A DNA stretch of 64,000 nucleotides from Acidimicrobiales bacterium (GCA_035534335.1 DATLSF010000024.1:63692-127691); one strand, 5' to 3'; positions 49,408-59,922 are shown, counted from the stretch's first letter. Program-made: numbers and translations. Notes: generated by a model not told the origin, from the letters alone.

Positions 49408-50933
49408 CCGTCGTCAAGGGCCTCGAGCCGCTCACGCGCGCGCAGCTCCTCGCCGTGGCGCGCGGCAACGAAGAGATTCAGTTGAGCGAGGACGTGTTGA
49501 CGCGCCTGGAGCATCAGCGCGTGGCGATCGACGCGCTGGTGGCCAGTGGCACGGCCATCTACGGACTCTCGACGGGCTTTGGCGCGTTGGCCACCACCTT
49601 CATCTCGCCCGAGCAGCGCCAAGAACTGCAGCGATCACTGATCCGCAGTCACGCGGCCGGCGTGGGCGCCGAGGTGGAGACCGAGGTGGTGCGCGCCATG
49701 ATGGTCTCGCGCCTGTCCACCCTGTGCTCGGGTGTCTCGGGGGTACGGCCCTCGACGGCTCAGGCCTACGCGGCGCTCATCAACGCGCACGTGACGCCGG
49801 TGGTGCACGAGTTCGGGTCGCTCGGCTGTTCGGGGGACCTGGCCCCGCTCGCCCACGTGGCGCTGGTCTTGATGGGTGAGGGCGACGCGCGCGACGCGGG
49901 TGGACGGCGTCGTCCCGCGGCCCAGGTGCTGGCCGACGCGGGACTGACGCCCGTGGTCCTGGCCGAAAAAGAGGGACTGGCGCTCATCAACGGCACCGAC
50001 GGGATGCTGGGCCAATTGGTCATGGCCATCGAGGACCTCGGCCGACTGCTCACGCTCAGCGACCTCGTCGCCGCGTTGTCGATCCAGGCGCTGCGCGGGA
50101 CCGACAGTGTCTTCGCCGCCGAGATCCACGCGCTACGCCCGCACCCGGGCCAGCGCGACAGCGCGGCCAACCTGGCGGCGCTGCTGGCCGACTCACCTAT
50201 CGTCAGCTCGCACTTGGAGGACCTGACCCAGGTCCAGGACGCCTACTCACTCCGCTGCGCACCCCAGGTCCACGGGGCGGCCCGCGACACGCTGGCTCAC
50301 GCGACGCGCGTGGCGGACATCGAGCTCATCTCGGCCATCGACAACCCGTCCGTGTTGTCTAACGGCAACCTGGTCACCAACGGCAACTTCCACGGTGCGC
50401 CCATCGGGTACGTGCTCGACTTTCTGGCCATCGCGGTGACCGACGTCGCGTCGATGTCCGAGCGGCGAACCGACCGACTGCTCGACGTCGACCGCAGTCA
50501 CGGCCTGTCGCCGTTCCTCGCCCACGACGCCGGCGTCGACTCGGGCCTGATGATCGCCCAGTACTCCCAGGCGGCGATGGTGACCGAGATGAAGCGCTGG
50601 GCCGCACCGGCGAGCGTGGACTCGATCCCCTCGTCGGGCATGCAAGAGGACCACGTCTCGATGGGCTGGCACGCGGCGCGCAAGTTGCGCCGGGTGCTCG
50701 ACGCCTTCGCCGACGTGCTGGCGATCGAGTTCATGGCCAGCGCGCGTGCGCTGTCGCTGCGCGAGCCGCTGGTGGGTTCGCCCGTCACCACGGCGGTGGT
50801 CGAGTTGGTCAACGGCGTCTCCGGCGGCCCGGGTCACGACCGGTGGCTGGCCCCGGAGATCGCCGCGGTCAGCGAGCTCGTGCGTACCGGCGCGCTGGCC
50901 GACGCGGCCAGCCGTTTCGTCACCTTGGCCTGA
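49404..50933 (+). CDS. hutH: Histidine ammonia-lyase
   Basis: [28 protein letters not shown] (CSG MIO triad), [30 protein letters not shown]. Confidence 0.95.
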   Translation: MTVVKGLEPLTRAQLLAVARGNEEIQLSEDVLTRLEHQRVAIDALVASGTAIYGLSTGFGALATTFISPEQRQELQRSLIRSHAAGVGAEVETEVVRAMMVSRLSTLCSGVSGVRPSTAQAYAALINAHVTPVVHEFGSLGCSGDLAPLAHVALVLMGEGDARDAGGRRRPAAQVLADAGLTPVVLAEKEGLALINGTDGMLGQLVMAIEDLGRLLTLSDLVAALSIQALRGTDSVFAAEIHALRPHPGQRDSAANLAALLADSPIVSSHLEDLTQVQDAYSLRCAPQVHGAARDTLAHATRVADIELISAIDNPSVLSNGNLVTNGNFHGAPIGYVLDFLAIAVTDVASMSERRTDRLLDVDRSHGLSPFLAHDAGVDSGLMIAQYSQAAMVTEMKRWAAPASVDSIPSSGMQEDHVSMGWHAARKLRRVLDAFADVLAIEFMASARALSLREPLVGSPVTTAVVELVNGVSGGPGHDRWLAPEIAAVSELVRTGALADAASRFVTLA

Positions 50934-50941
50934 GGGGGAGC

Positions 50942-52600
50942 ATGGAGGGAGCCCGTCCGGTGCGCGCCGCGCGCGGCACGACGCTCAGCGCCCTCGGCTG
51001 GCCCCAAGAGGCCGCCCTGCGCATGCTCCAGAACAACCTCGATCCGGAGGTGGCCGAGCGGCCCGACGACCTGGTCGTCTACGGCGGGACCGGGCGCGCC
51101 GCGCGCGACTGGCGCAGCTTCGACGCGCTGGTGGCGACGTTGCGCACGCTCAAGGGCGACGAGACGCTGCTGGTGCAGTCGGGCCGACCGGTCGGCGTCT
51201 TCACGACCCACGAGTGGGCGCCGCGCGTCCTGATCGCCAACTCCAACCTGGTGCCCGACTGGGCGACGTGGCCGGAGTTTCGTCGGCTCGAGGCGCTGGG
51301 GCTCACCATGTACGGCCAGATGACCGCGGGGTCGTGGATCTACATCGGCACCCAGGGGATCCTCCAGGGCACCTACGAGACCTTCGCCGCGGTGGCCGCG
51401 CAGCGCTTCTCGGGCACGTTGGCCGGAACGCTCACCTTGACCGGCGGCGCGGGCGGCATGGGCGGAGCCCAGCCGCTCGCGGTCACGATGAACGACGGGG
51501 TGTGCCTGGTGGTCGACGTCGATCCGTCGCGTCTGGCCCGGCGCGTCGAGCAGCGTTACCTCGACGGGTGGACGGCTGACCTGGACGAGGCTCTCGCCAA
51601 GGTGCTCGCGGCTAAGGCGCAGCGGCGCGCGCTGTCGGTCGGTGTGGTGGGCAACGCGGCGACGATCTTTCCCGAGCTGCTCGCGCGTGGCGTCGAGGTC
51701 GACATCGTCACCGACCAGACGTCGGCGCACGACCCGCTCAGTTACCTACCCGAAGGAATCGACCTGGGCGACTGGTCCGACTACGCCGAGAAGAAGCCCG
51801 AGGAGTTCACCGAGCGCGCGCGGGTCTCGATGGCCCGCCAGGTCGAGGCCATGGTCGGCTTCATGGACGCCGGCGCCGAGGTCTTCGACTACGGCAACTC
51901 ACTGCGCGGCGAGGCCGCGCTGGCCGGGTATCCGCGCGCGTTCGCCTACCCCGGCTTCGTGCCCGCCTACATCCGCCCGCTCTTCTGCGAGGGCAAGGGC
52001 CCGTTCCGGTGGGCCGCCCTGTCGGGCGACCCCGCCGACATCGCCGCCACCGACGCCGCGGTGTTGGCGATCTTTCCCGAGAACGAGGCGCTGGCGCGCT
52101 GGATCACCAAGGCCCAGGACCGCGTCGCGTTCCAGGGACTGCCCGCGCGCATCTGCTGGCTCGGCTACGGCGAGCGCGACCAAGCCGGCGTGGCCTTCAA
52201 CGACCTGGTGGCAAAGGGCGTGGTCTCGGCGCCGATCGTCATCGGGCGCGACCACCTCGACAGCGGATCGGTGGCCTCGCCGTATCGAGAGACCGAGTCC
52301 ATGCTCGACGGCTCCGACGCCATCGCCGACTGGCCGCTGCTCAACGCCCTGCTCAACACGGCCTCCGGGGCCACGTGGGTCTCGATCCATCACGGCGGGG
52401 GAGTCGGCATCGGCCGCTCCATTCACGCGGGCCAGGTCTGCGTGGCCGACGGCACGGCGCTGGCCGAGCAGAAGCTGCGCCGGGTGCTGACCAACGACCC
52501 GGGCACCGGCGTCATGCGCCACGTCGACGCCGGCTACGAGCGCGCCGACGAGGTCGCCGCCGAGCGCGGCGTGCGGATCCCCATGCGCGAGGGTCAGTGA
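50942..52600 (+). CDS. hutU: Urocanate hydratase
   Basis: [43 protein letters not shown]. Confidence 0.97.
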   Translation: MEGARPVRAARGTTLSALGWPQEAALRMLQNNLDPEVAERPDDLVVYGGTGRAARDWRSFDALVATLRTLKGDETLLVQSGRPVGVFTTHEWAPRVLIANSNLVPDWATWPEFRRLEALGLTMYGQMTAGSWIYIGTQGILQGTYETFAAVAAQRFSGTLAGTLTLTGGAGGMGGAQPLAVTMNDGVCLVVDVDPSRLARRVEQRYLDGWTADLDEALAKVLAAKAQRRALSVGVVGNAATIFPELLARGVEVDIVTDQTSAHDPLSYLPEGIDLGDWSDYAEKKPEEFTERARVSMARQVEAMVGFMDAGAEVFDYGNSLRGEAALAGYPRAFAYPGFVPAYIRPLFCEGKGPFRWAALSGDPADIAATDAAVLAIFPENEALARWITKAQDRVAFQGLPARICWLGYGERDQAGVAFNDLVAKGVVSAPIVIGRDHLDSGSVASPYRETESMLDGSDAIADWPLLNALLNTASGATWVSIHHGGGVGIGRSIHAGQVCVADGTALAEQKLRRVLTNDPGTGVMRHVDAGYERADEVAAERGVRIPMREGQ

Positions 52601-53769
52601 CCGCGACGCTCTACGCGCGTATCGGCGAGCTGACGACGAACGACCCGACGCTCGGCGACGAGACGCCCATGGGTCGAGTGCGTGACGCGGCCCTCGTGGT
52701 CGTCAATGGCGCCGTGGCGTGGGTCGGCTCGAACAACGAGGCGCCCGAGGCCGACACGTACGTCGACCTCGACGGCGCGGCGGTGGTGCCGGGCTTCGTC
52801 GACTCGCACACTCACCTCGTCTTCGCGGGGGAGCGATCCGACGAGTTCGAGGCCCGCATGGCCGGGGCGACCTACGACGGCGGCGGCATCACGCGCACCG
52901 TCACCGCCACCCGCGCGGCCAGTGACGAGCGCCTCCGGCGCGACGCCGCCGCGCGCGCCCGGGCGATGCGCGACGCCGGCACCACCACCCTGGAGGTGAA
53001 GTCCGGGTACGAGTTGACCCTCGACGGCGAGGTTCGGCTCCTGGAGATCGCGGGGGTCATCACCGACGAGACGACGTTCCTCGGCGCGCACGTGGTGCCC
53101 GACGAGTTCGCCCGCGACCGTGACGACTACGTGAGCCTGGTCGCGGGCGCGATGATGGACGCGTGCGCGCCGTTGGCTCGCTGGGTCGACGTCTTCTGCG
53201 AACGCGGCGCCTTCAGCGTGGACGAGGCGCGCCTCGTCTTGGACGCCGGATCGCGCCACGGGCTCGGGCTACGGGTACACGGAAACCAACTCGGTGAGTC
53301 CGGCGGCGTCGCGCTGGCGGTCGAACGGGGCGCGGCCAGCGTCGACCACTGCACCCACGTGAGCGACGGTGACGTGGCGGCCCTCGCGGGGTCGTCGACC
53401 GTGGCGACGCTCCTTCCGGGCGCGGAGTTCTCGACCCGTTCGATTTACTCGTCGGCTCGGCGCCTGCTGGACGCCGGCGTCACGGTGGCGCTGGCCACCG
53501 ACTGCAATCCCGGCACCAGTTACGTGACCTCGATGCCGTTCGTGATCGCGCTGGGCGTCCGCGAGATGGGCATGACCTGTGACGAGGCCCTGCGGGCCGC
53601 GACCGCCGGCGGGGCCGCCGCGCTACGGCGCACCGACGTGGGCCACCTGGGCGTCGGCGCGCGCGCCGACCTGGTGATCCTGGACGCGCCACGCGCCGCC
53701 CACCTCGCGTACCGGCCCGGTGACCAGGTCGTAGCGAGCGTTCGCGTCGCACGAGCCCACTCGTCATGA
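52597..53769 (+). CDS. hutI: Imidazolonepropionase
   Basis: [39 protein letters not shown]. Confidence 0.95.
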   Translation: MTATLYARIGELTTNDPTLGDETPMGRVRDAALVVVNGAVAWVGSNNEAPEADTYVDLDGAAVVPGFVDSHTHLVFAGERSDEFEARMAGATYDGGGITRTVTATRAASDERLRRDAAARARAMRDAGTTTLEVKSGYELTLDGEVRLLEIAGVITDETTFLGAHVVPDEFARDRDDYVSLVAGAMMDACAPLARWVDVFCERGAFSVDEARLVLDAGSRHGLGLRVHGNQLGESGGVALAVERGAASVDHCTHVSDGDVAALAGSSTVATLLPGAEFSTRSIYSSARRLLDAGVTVALATDCNPGTSYVTSMPFVIALGVREMGMTCDEALRAATAGGAAALRRTDVGHLGVGARADLVILDAPRAAHLAYRPGDQVVASVRVARAHSS

Positions 53770-53790
53770 CCCGACCCATAAAGTTGGACC

Positions 53791-55215
53791 ATGACAACCC
53801 CCCTCGCGCCCGCTGACCTCGCCACGACCCTGGGGGCGCTGCGCGCCGCCGGCTACCGATCGGTGCCCGTGCGCGACGAGATGCGCGCCAATTTGGAGCA
53901 GCGCCTGATCGAGGGTCGGCCCCTGGTGACCGGACTGTTCGGCTATGACGACTCCGTGCTGCCCCAGCTGGAGACCGCATTGCTGGCCGGTCACGACGTG
54001 ATCCTGCTGGGCGAGCGCGGCCAGGCCAAGACCCGGCTGATCCGTTGCTTGGTCGAGCTGCTCGACGAGTGGCTGCCCATTATCGAGGGTTCGGAGGTCC
54101 GCGACGACCCCTTCGCACCCATCTCGGCCTACGCGATCGACCTCGTGGCCCAGCGCGGCGACGACGCGCCGATCGCCTGGGTTCACCGCAGCCAGCGCTT
54201 CGCCGAGAAGCTGGCCTCCCCGGACACGTCAATGGCCGACCTCATCGGCGAGGTCGACCCGATCAAAGTGGCCGGTGGCCTGTATCTGGACGACCCCCGG
54301 GCGCTCTCCTACGGGTTGGTCCCCAAGTCCAACCGCGGCATCTTCGCGATGAACGAGCTGCCCGACCTGGCTGAACGTATCCAGGTGGGCCTGCTCAACG
54401 TGCTCGAAGAGCGTGACGTGCAGATCCGCGGGCACCTGGTGCGCCTCAACCTGGACGTCATGGTCGTGGCCACGGCGAACCCCGAGGACTACACCAACCG
54501 CGGGCGACTCATCACCCCGCTGAAGGACCGCTTCGGGTCCCAGATCCGCACCCACTACCCCGACGACGTCGACACCGAGATGGCGATCGTGCACCAGGAG
54601 GTGCGCCTGCCCGCCTCGCCCAAGCCGATTATCGTGCCGTGGTTCATCGATGACGTGGTCTCGCGCATCACGCACGTCGCGCGGCGCAGCCACGTCATCT
54701 CCCAGCGCTCGGGGGTGTCGGTGCGCCTGTCCATCGCCAACTACGAGACCGTGGTGGCCAGCGCGCTGCGCCGCACGCTGCGCACCGGTGACGACGCCGT
54801 GGTGCCGCGCGTCAGCGACCTGGCGGCGATCACCCAATCGACCCAGGGCAAGCTCGAGCTCGACACGATGGAAGACGACGACCTCGACCAAGTCATCGCG
54901 GCCCTGGCCGGCCTGGCGCTTCGTCAGTGCTTCGCCGAGCGCGTCGTGCTCGAAGAGGCCGCCGAGATCGTCGAGGCGTTCCAGGGCGAGGTGTTGGTGC
55001 ACACCGGAGACGACCTGGCCGACCGTGAGTACCTCGACGTCCTCGCGGCCTTGCCCGCGCTGGAGGCACCGGTGCGTCGTGTCGCGGGACCCAGCGCCGG
55101 ACCCGGTGAGATGGCCGCCGCCACCGAGTTCGTGCTCGAGGGTCTCTATCTGACCAAGCGCCTGGCCAAGGACGCGTCGGGCGCGCGTGCCCTCTATCGC
55201 GCCCGTACCCGGTAG
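53791..55215 (+). CDS. AAA+ ATPase, Mg-chelatase/MoxR-like (Rv0958-type)
   Basis: GERGQAKT Walker A, NELPDL Walker B variant, ATANPEDYTNRG, LKDRFG. -10 TAAAGT (53779-53784) lies 6 nt upstream. Confidence 0.85.
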   Translation: MTTPLAPADLATTLGALRAAGYRSVPVRDEMRANLEQRLIEGRPLVTGLFGYDDSVLPQLETALLAGHDVILLGERGQAKTRLIRCLVELLDEWLPIIEGSEVRDDPFAPISAYAIDLVAQRGDDAPIAWVHRSQRFAEKLASPDTSMADLIGEVDPIKVAGGLYLDDPRALSYGLVPKSNRGIFAMNELPDLAERIQVGLLNVLEERDVQIRGHLVRLNLDVMVVATANPEDYTNRGRLITPLKDRFGSQIRTHYPDDVDTEMAIVHQEVRLPASPKPIIVPWFIDDVVSRITHVARRSHVISQRSGVSVRLSIANYETVVASALRRTLRTGDDAVVPRVSDLAAITQSTQGKLELDTMEDDDLDQVIAALAGLALRQCFAERVVLEEAAEIVEAFQGEVLVHTGDDLADREYLDVLAALPALEAPVRRVAGPSAGPGEMAAATEFVLEGLYLTKRLAKDASGARALYRARTR

Positions 55216-57209
55216 TGCCGGTCCGTTACGGGTTCCGTCGCTTCGGCGAGGGTGACGACTTCGAGGACCTCGACGTCGACGAGCTGCTCAGCCTGCTGGC
55301 CGACGACTACATGGACACCGGTGACCTGGACGAGGCGATGGACCGGCTGCTGCGCGAGGGGTACCTCACGCGCGACGGTCAGAAAGTCGAGGGGTTGCGC
55401 GAGTTGCTCGAGCGCGCGCGGTCGCGACGCCGCGAGCTCGAGTCCCGGGCCGACCCCGACGGCGAACTGTCGCGCTACCGAGAGCTACTCGACGAGATAG
55501 AGGCCCTGGAGTCGGCGGAGCTGGACCAACTGCTCAACGACGCGCAGACCTCCGGCGACGAGCGACGCCTCGAGGTCACCCAAGACGTCGTGGATCAAAA
55601 GCGCCTGCAGCGCGAGATGATGAGTGACCGCCTGGCCGAACGTTTGCGTGACTACCAGGACTACGAGTTTGTGTCGTCCGAGGCCCGTGAGCGCTTCGAG
55701 GAGATGATGGACGAGTTGCGTCGCGACACACTCAATACGTACTTCGAGCAGAGCAAGGAGTTCCTGGGTAGCCCCGACCCCGAGGAGTTGGCGAGGCTAC
55801 GCGACATGATGGACGCCTTGTCGACGATGATCGAACAGGACCGACGCGGCGAGCCCCTGGACCCGACCTTCGACTCCTTCATGGAGCGCTTCGGGGACTA
55901 CTTCCCCGGGGCCGAGAGTCTCGAGGACGTCGTGCGGATGATGGCCGAACGCGCGGCGGCGGCCGAAGCGATGTTCAACTCGCTCTCTGGCGACCAGCAG
56001 CGAGAGTTGCGCGGTCTCTTCGATCAGATGATGGGCGACATGGCGTTGGACCTGTCGCTGTCGAGGCTGGTGTCGAACCTGCGTCAGGCGACGCCCGATA
56101 TTGACTGGAGTCGGGCGCACCGGATGCGCGGAACGACTCCGTCGTCCTTCGCCGACGCGACGTCGGTGGCTGAACAGCTCGGTGAACTTCGCGGACTCGA
56201 AGACTTTCTGGGCAGCTCGCACGCGGCCCAGCAGCTTCCCGAGGTCGACGTGGAAGCGGTGCGACGGAACTTGGGCGACGACGCGGCGCGTCACGTCGTG
56301 CGGCTGCAGCGTGCCGTCAAGGGACTGCGCGACCAGGGCTTCGTCGATCGCGAGGGACGTCGCCTGACGCTGACCGCCAAGGGGGTTCGTCAGATCGGCC
56401 GGTCGGCGCTGCGCGACCTCTTCGCCCAGCTGCGCAACTCACCGACGCTGGGCGCGCATCGCGAAGCCAGCGTGGCGCGCGGGGGCGACCGTGAAGAGAC
56501 CTCGCGGCCGTGGGCTCCGGGCGAGCCGTTCAGCTTGCATCTGTCACGCACGCTGCGCAACGCCGTCTTGCGTCAAGGTCCCGGAACGCCGGTTCGCCTG
56601 CACCCCGACGACTTCGAGGTCGAGGAGTACGAGGCAACCCGGCGCTCGGCGACCGTGTTCGCGATTGACCTGTCGCTGTCAATGGCCATGCGCTCGAACC
56701 TCGTGCCGGCCAAGAAGATGGTCCTGGCCCTGACGCAGCTGATTACGTCGAAGTTCCCGCGCGACTACGTGGCCGTGGTGGGCTTCGGCGAGACGGCGCG
56801 TGAACTGCGCATCGAGGACGTTCCTGCTCTCGTCATCGACTACAACTACGGAACCAATCTGCAACACGCGCTGGCGCTGTCGCGCCATCTCATGCGTTTC
56901 GAGCGCGGCGACCGACAGATCGTCGTGGTGACCGACGGCGAACCGACCGCGCACCTGACCGACAATGGTGAGCCGTTCTTCGCGTGGCCCCCGGTTCGCG
57001 AGACCCTTGAGCGCACGATGGCCGAGGTGCTGCGCTGCACCAAGGCGGAGATTCAGATCAACACCTTCGCGTTGGACATCGAGCGCAGCCAGTTCCCCTT
57101 CGTTGAGCAGATCGCCAAGGTCAACGGCGGTCGGACCTTCTACACCTCGGTGGACGAGTTGGGCCGCTACGCACTCGATGATTTCGTGCGCCACCGCCGG
57201 GCGGGGTAA
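55215..57209 (+). CDS. VWA-domain protein (Rv0959-type)
   Basis: C-terminal MIDAS DLSLSM, TNLQHAL, VTDGEPTA. Long helical N-terminus. Confidence 0.85.
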   Translation: MPVRYGFRRFGEGDDFEDLDVDELLSLLADDYMDTGDLDEAMDRLLREGYLTRDGQKVEGLRELLERARSRRRELESRADPDGELSRYRELLDEIEALESAELDQLLNDAQTSGDERRLEVTQDVVDQKRLQREMMSDRLAERLRDYQDYEFVSSEARERFEEMMDELRRDTLNTYFEQSKEFLGSPDPEELARLRDMMDALSTMIEQDRRGEPLDPTFDSFMERFGDYFPGAESLEDVVRMMAERAAAAEAMFNSLSGDQQRELRGLFDQMMGDMALDLSLSRLVSNLRQATPDIDWSRAHRMRGTTPSSFADATSVAEQLGELRGLEDFLGSSHAAQQLPEVDVEAVRRNLGDDAARHVVRLQRAVKGLRDQGFVDREGRRLTLTAKGVRQIGRSALRDLFAQLRNSPTLGAHREASVARGGDREETSRPWAPGEPFSLHLSRTLRNAVLRQGPGTPVRLHPDDFEVEEYEATRRSATVFAIDLSLSMAMRSNLVPAKKMVLALTQLITSKFPRDYVAVVGFGETARELRIEDVPALVIDYNYGTNLQHALALSRHLMRFERGDRQIVVVTDGEPTAHLTDNGEPFFAWPPVRETLERTMAEVLRCTKAEIQINTFALDIERSQFPFVEQIAKVNGGRTFYTSVDELGRYALDDFVRHRRAG

Positions 57210-57251
57210 CGACGCTCCAGCACGCGGCGTGCGCGGTGCTAGGTTCCGCGC

Positions 57252-58067
57252 GTGGCGAGTAACGAGGCTGAACGACAGCGCTGGAACGACGAGTATTGGA
57301 CGTCGGTGTGGCCCCGCCGCGAATCGATGACGTCGATCGTCACCGACTACCTCATCGACGCGCTCGCCCCGGTCAGTGGCGAGCGGGTCCTCGAGGTCGG
57401 CTCCGGCGGCGGCACCGCGACGTTGGCGATCGCCCAACGCCTGGCCGCGGGTTCCGTCGTGGGAGCGGACATCTCTGAGAATCTGGTCGAACTGGCCCGA
57501 TCCCGGGTCGCTGAGCGCGGGGTCACCAACGTGACCTTCGTCGTCGCCGACGCGCAGGTCGACGTCGTCGTAGGCGGACCTTTTGACGCGGTGGTCAGTC
57601 AGTTCGGGGTGATGTTCTTTGATGACCGGGTGCAAGCGTTCGCCAACCTCCGCGCCCAGACGGCCGCGCAGGGCCGGCTGGTCTTCGTGTGCTGGGGACC
57701 GGTCGAGCTCAACCCGTGGTTCCTCGGATCGGTGATCGCGCCGTTCCTGGAGCCGCCGCCGCCCCCGTCACCGGACAAGAGCCCGACTGGGCCATTCGCA
57801 CTGTCCGACGTCGCCCAGACGGTTGCAATGTTGACCTCGGCGGGGTGGTGCGACGTCCAGTGCACGCAGCACGCCACCGTCGCGCAGATCGAGCGCAGCG
57901 TTCTTGTTGACGACGACAATCTGCGCCATATGGGTCTCGTCGACGACGACCTCGACGCCGTGCGACGTGCACTCGACGCGCATCTCGCGCCGCTGACCGG
58001 GCCTGACGGAGTGCTGCGGGCGCCACTGGTCTTTCTAGTTGTGACGGGGCGCAATCCTCTCGATTGA
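57252..58067 (+). CDS. Class I SAM-dependent methyltransferase
   Basis: LEVGSGGG, GADIS, ADAQ, SQFGVMFF. Extended -10 TGcTAGGTT (57237-57245) lies 6 nt upstream. Confidence 0.88.
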   Translation: MASNEAERQRWNDEYWTSVWPRRESMTSIVTDYLIDALAPVSGERVLEVGSGGGTATLAIAQRLAAGSVVGADISENLVELARSRVAERGVTNVTFVVADAQVDVVVGGPFDAVVSQFGVMFFDDRVQAFANLRAQTAAQGRLVFVCWGPVELNPWFLGSVIAPFLEPPPPPSPDKSPTGPFALSDVAQTVAMLTSAGWCDVQCTQHATVAQIERSVLVDDDNLRHMGLVDDDLDAVRRALDAHLAPLTGPDGVLRAPLVFLVVTGRNPLD

Positions 58068-58084
58068 CGGCCATATCGAACGTT

Positions 58085-58104
58085 GCGGGGACTGACCTCC
58101 CCGC
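58085..58104 (+). terminator. Hairpin GCGGGG-N8-CCCCGC after the methyltransferase, possible terminator without a U-tract
   Basis: Perfect 6-bp GC stem 17 nt after the stop codon. Confidence 0.35.
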
Positions 58105-58277
58105 GTGGAGCCCCTGATCAGCGGCGTTCTCCTCGCGCCCCTCCACCCGGACGCCTTCGCCAAAGACCCGCCCGGCGAAGGGAAATCCCAATTCCATTTG
58201 CAATTTGGGCCGAATCCAGCCACAATGACACCGTTGTAATTACATCAGTGGCGGGGGCCGCTAGGGAGGGTTGCACA

Positions 58278-58553
58278 ATGGACATCACCGAATTGCTGAG
58301 TGGCATGGAAGATCGAGGCTGGCAGGCCCGGTCCAACTGCATGGGTGTGGACCCCGACCTCTTTTTCCCCGAGCGAGGCGCCTCCACCCGCGAGGCCAAA
58401 GAGGTCTGCCGGGGCTGCGTGGTGCGTGAGGACTGCCTGGAGTTTGCCCTCGACAATGGGGAGAAGTTCGGCATTTGGGGGGGCATGAGCGAGCGCGAGC
58501 GGCGTCGACTGCGTCGGGCTCGTGCGCTGGAACGTCGCACCCAGGCGAGCTGA
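58278..58553 (+). CDS. whiB: WhiB-family Fe-S transcription factor (WhiB/WhiB2-like)
   Basis: Four Cys (NC...VCRGC...DC), FFPERG, GIWGGMSERERR. ATG 58278 follows GGAGGG. Confidence 0.92.
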   Translation: MDITELLSGMEDRGWQARSNCMGVDPDLFFPERGASTREAKEVCRGCVVREDCLEFALDNGEKFGIWGGMSERERRRLRRARALERRTQAS

Positions 58554-58650
58554 GCCGTAGCGGCGCCTTGAGCGAGGCCGGGCGATCTACTTCGCTAGAA
58601 CGGTGACGGCCCAGAAATATATTTATTGTTTCGGTGACATCGAGGGAGAC

Positions 58651-59472
58651 CTAGAGGGCAAGTCTCGCCTCAATTGTGGCGTCGGGGCTCAGGTCCAACT
58701 CCACCCAGCGCGACGGATCTTCAGCATCGAGTAATGCTTGAGGCACGAGTCCTACGAGTTCGGCGTGATCGATCTGTCCACTGCCCTCGAGTTTCTCCGC
58801 CACGGCGTCGTACACGAGAGACGGCCGGGCGTTAGGTACGTCAATCAGGTTGCAACTCACCTGAACGTCATCACCGACCTCGAGGGCCAGCGCCCGCACG
58901 TGCGGCCCGCGAACCGCCGCCGCCATCGACTGGGCCCGTTCCAGGCTGACGTCGCGCAACCAAAGATTCCACGCCACCAAGATCGGTCGGCACCCGACCG
59001 CCACTGCGCCCTTGGAGGACGACGCGTCGTTCGGTCCGAGGTCGGGGGCCACTGTCTCAAAGGCGCCCCGACGCACGTCGGGCAGCGTGCGCGCCGTGCC
59101 GTCGCTGAGCGCGCCGTAGAGGAAGACGGGAACGAAGAACGTGTCGGCGAACCACGCGGCGGTCTCGTCTCGCAGCGCACACGCCTGGTCGGGATCCTCG
59201 CCGCCGAGGGCCACGAAGGGCACCACGTCGACGACCCCGAAGCGTGGGTGCACGCCCTGATGGCGGCGCAGATCGATCTTTTGGTACGCGGTGCTGGCCA
59301 AGGTGTGCAGGTCGCTGAGCAGCTGCTCGGGCTCGTTGATCAGCGTGAAGACGCTGCGGTGGTGGTGGCGGTCACGATGCCGGTCGCGCAGCGATTGGCC
59401 GGCCGCGCGCGAGAGCTGCTCGAGGACGGGCAGGTCACGGCCCTCAGAGATATTGACCACGCACTCGAACAC
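58651..59472 (-). CDS. ftcD: Glutamate formimidoyltransferase (FtcD transferase domain only)
   Basis: ECVVNISEGRD, D.HHHRSVFTL, HQGVHPRFG..DVVPF, VGCRPILVAWN, VSCNL, ELVGL. -10 TAGTCT (59484-59479) lies 6 nt upstream. Confidence 0.85.
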   Translation of the reverse strand: MFECVVNISEGRDLPVLEQLSRAAGQSLRDRHRDRHHHRSVFTLINEPEQLLSDLHTLASTAYQKIDLRRHQGVHPRFGVVDVVPFVALGGEDPDQACALRDETAAWFADTFFVPVFLYGALSDGTARTLPDVRRGAFETVAPDLGPNDASSSKGAVAVGCRPILVAWNLWLRDVSLERAQSMAAAVRGPHVRALALEVGDDVQVSCNLIDVPNARPSLVYDAVAEKLEGSGQIDHAELVGLVPQALLDAEDPSRWVELDLSPDATIEARLAL

Positions 59473-59509
59473 GCGGCGAGACTACCGGAGTTGCCGGCGT
59501 CGAGGGTGG

Positions 59510-59758
59510 TTACGACGGGTCGGTGTAGAGGGGGGCGTGACGGCGCAGTCGCGCGATGCGACGGCGCTCGCGCTCGCTCTTGCCACCCCAGACGCCGTGG
59601 TCGACGTGGTTGGCCAGCGCGTACTCCAGACACTGCTCGGCCACCGGGCAGGTGGCGCAGATCTTTTGGGCCTTGATGACGCCGAGACCGTCGCGTGGGA
59701 AGAAGACCCCCGCCGGGTACTCACGGCACTTGCCGTCGGCCATCCATTCGGTGTTCAC
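59510..59758 (-). CDS. Second WhiB-family transcription factor
   Basis: W...GKC...FFP...ICATC...QCLEYA...GVWGG.SERERRR. Start GTG 59758 follows GGAG. Confidence 0.9.
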   Translation of the reverse strand: MNTEWMADGKCREYPAGVFFPRDGLGVIKAQKICATCPVAEQCLEYALANHVDHGVWGGKSERERRRIARLRRHAPLYTDPS

Positions 59759-59778
59759 ACGGAACTCCGGGTGCTCAT
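59755..59778 (-). other. Candidate 7-aa leaderless uORF MSTRSSV* overlapping the whiB start (GTGA)
   Basis: -10 TACGCT (59791-59786), 7 nt, then ATG AGC ACC CGG AGT TCC GTG TGA. Confidence 0.4.
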
Positions 59779-59922
59779 AACGGTCAGCGTAGCCACCGCC
59801 CCTGAGAGAGGACTGTGCAGTCGATTGCAGTTCCGTTACAGTTCTCGACGCCCGATGTAGGCCCCAAGGGGCCTTTCGGTGCGCGCCAGTAGGCTGGCCC
59901 TCGCGATCAGCGAAGGAGTGCC

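Noticed and set aside
53791-57209. Bona fide magnesium chelatase (bacteriochlorophyll synthesis)
   Set aside because: There is no ChlH/BchH or other bch gene in the window, and the motifs fit the MoxR-like Rv0958/Rv0959 type.
58608-58635. dif site
   Set aside because: The arms deviate from the CATAA-N6-TTATG core. Insufficient support.
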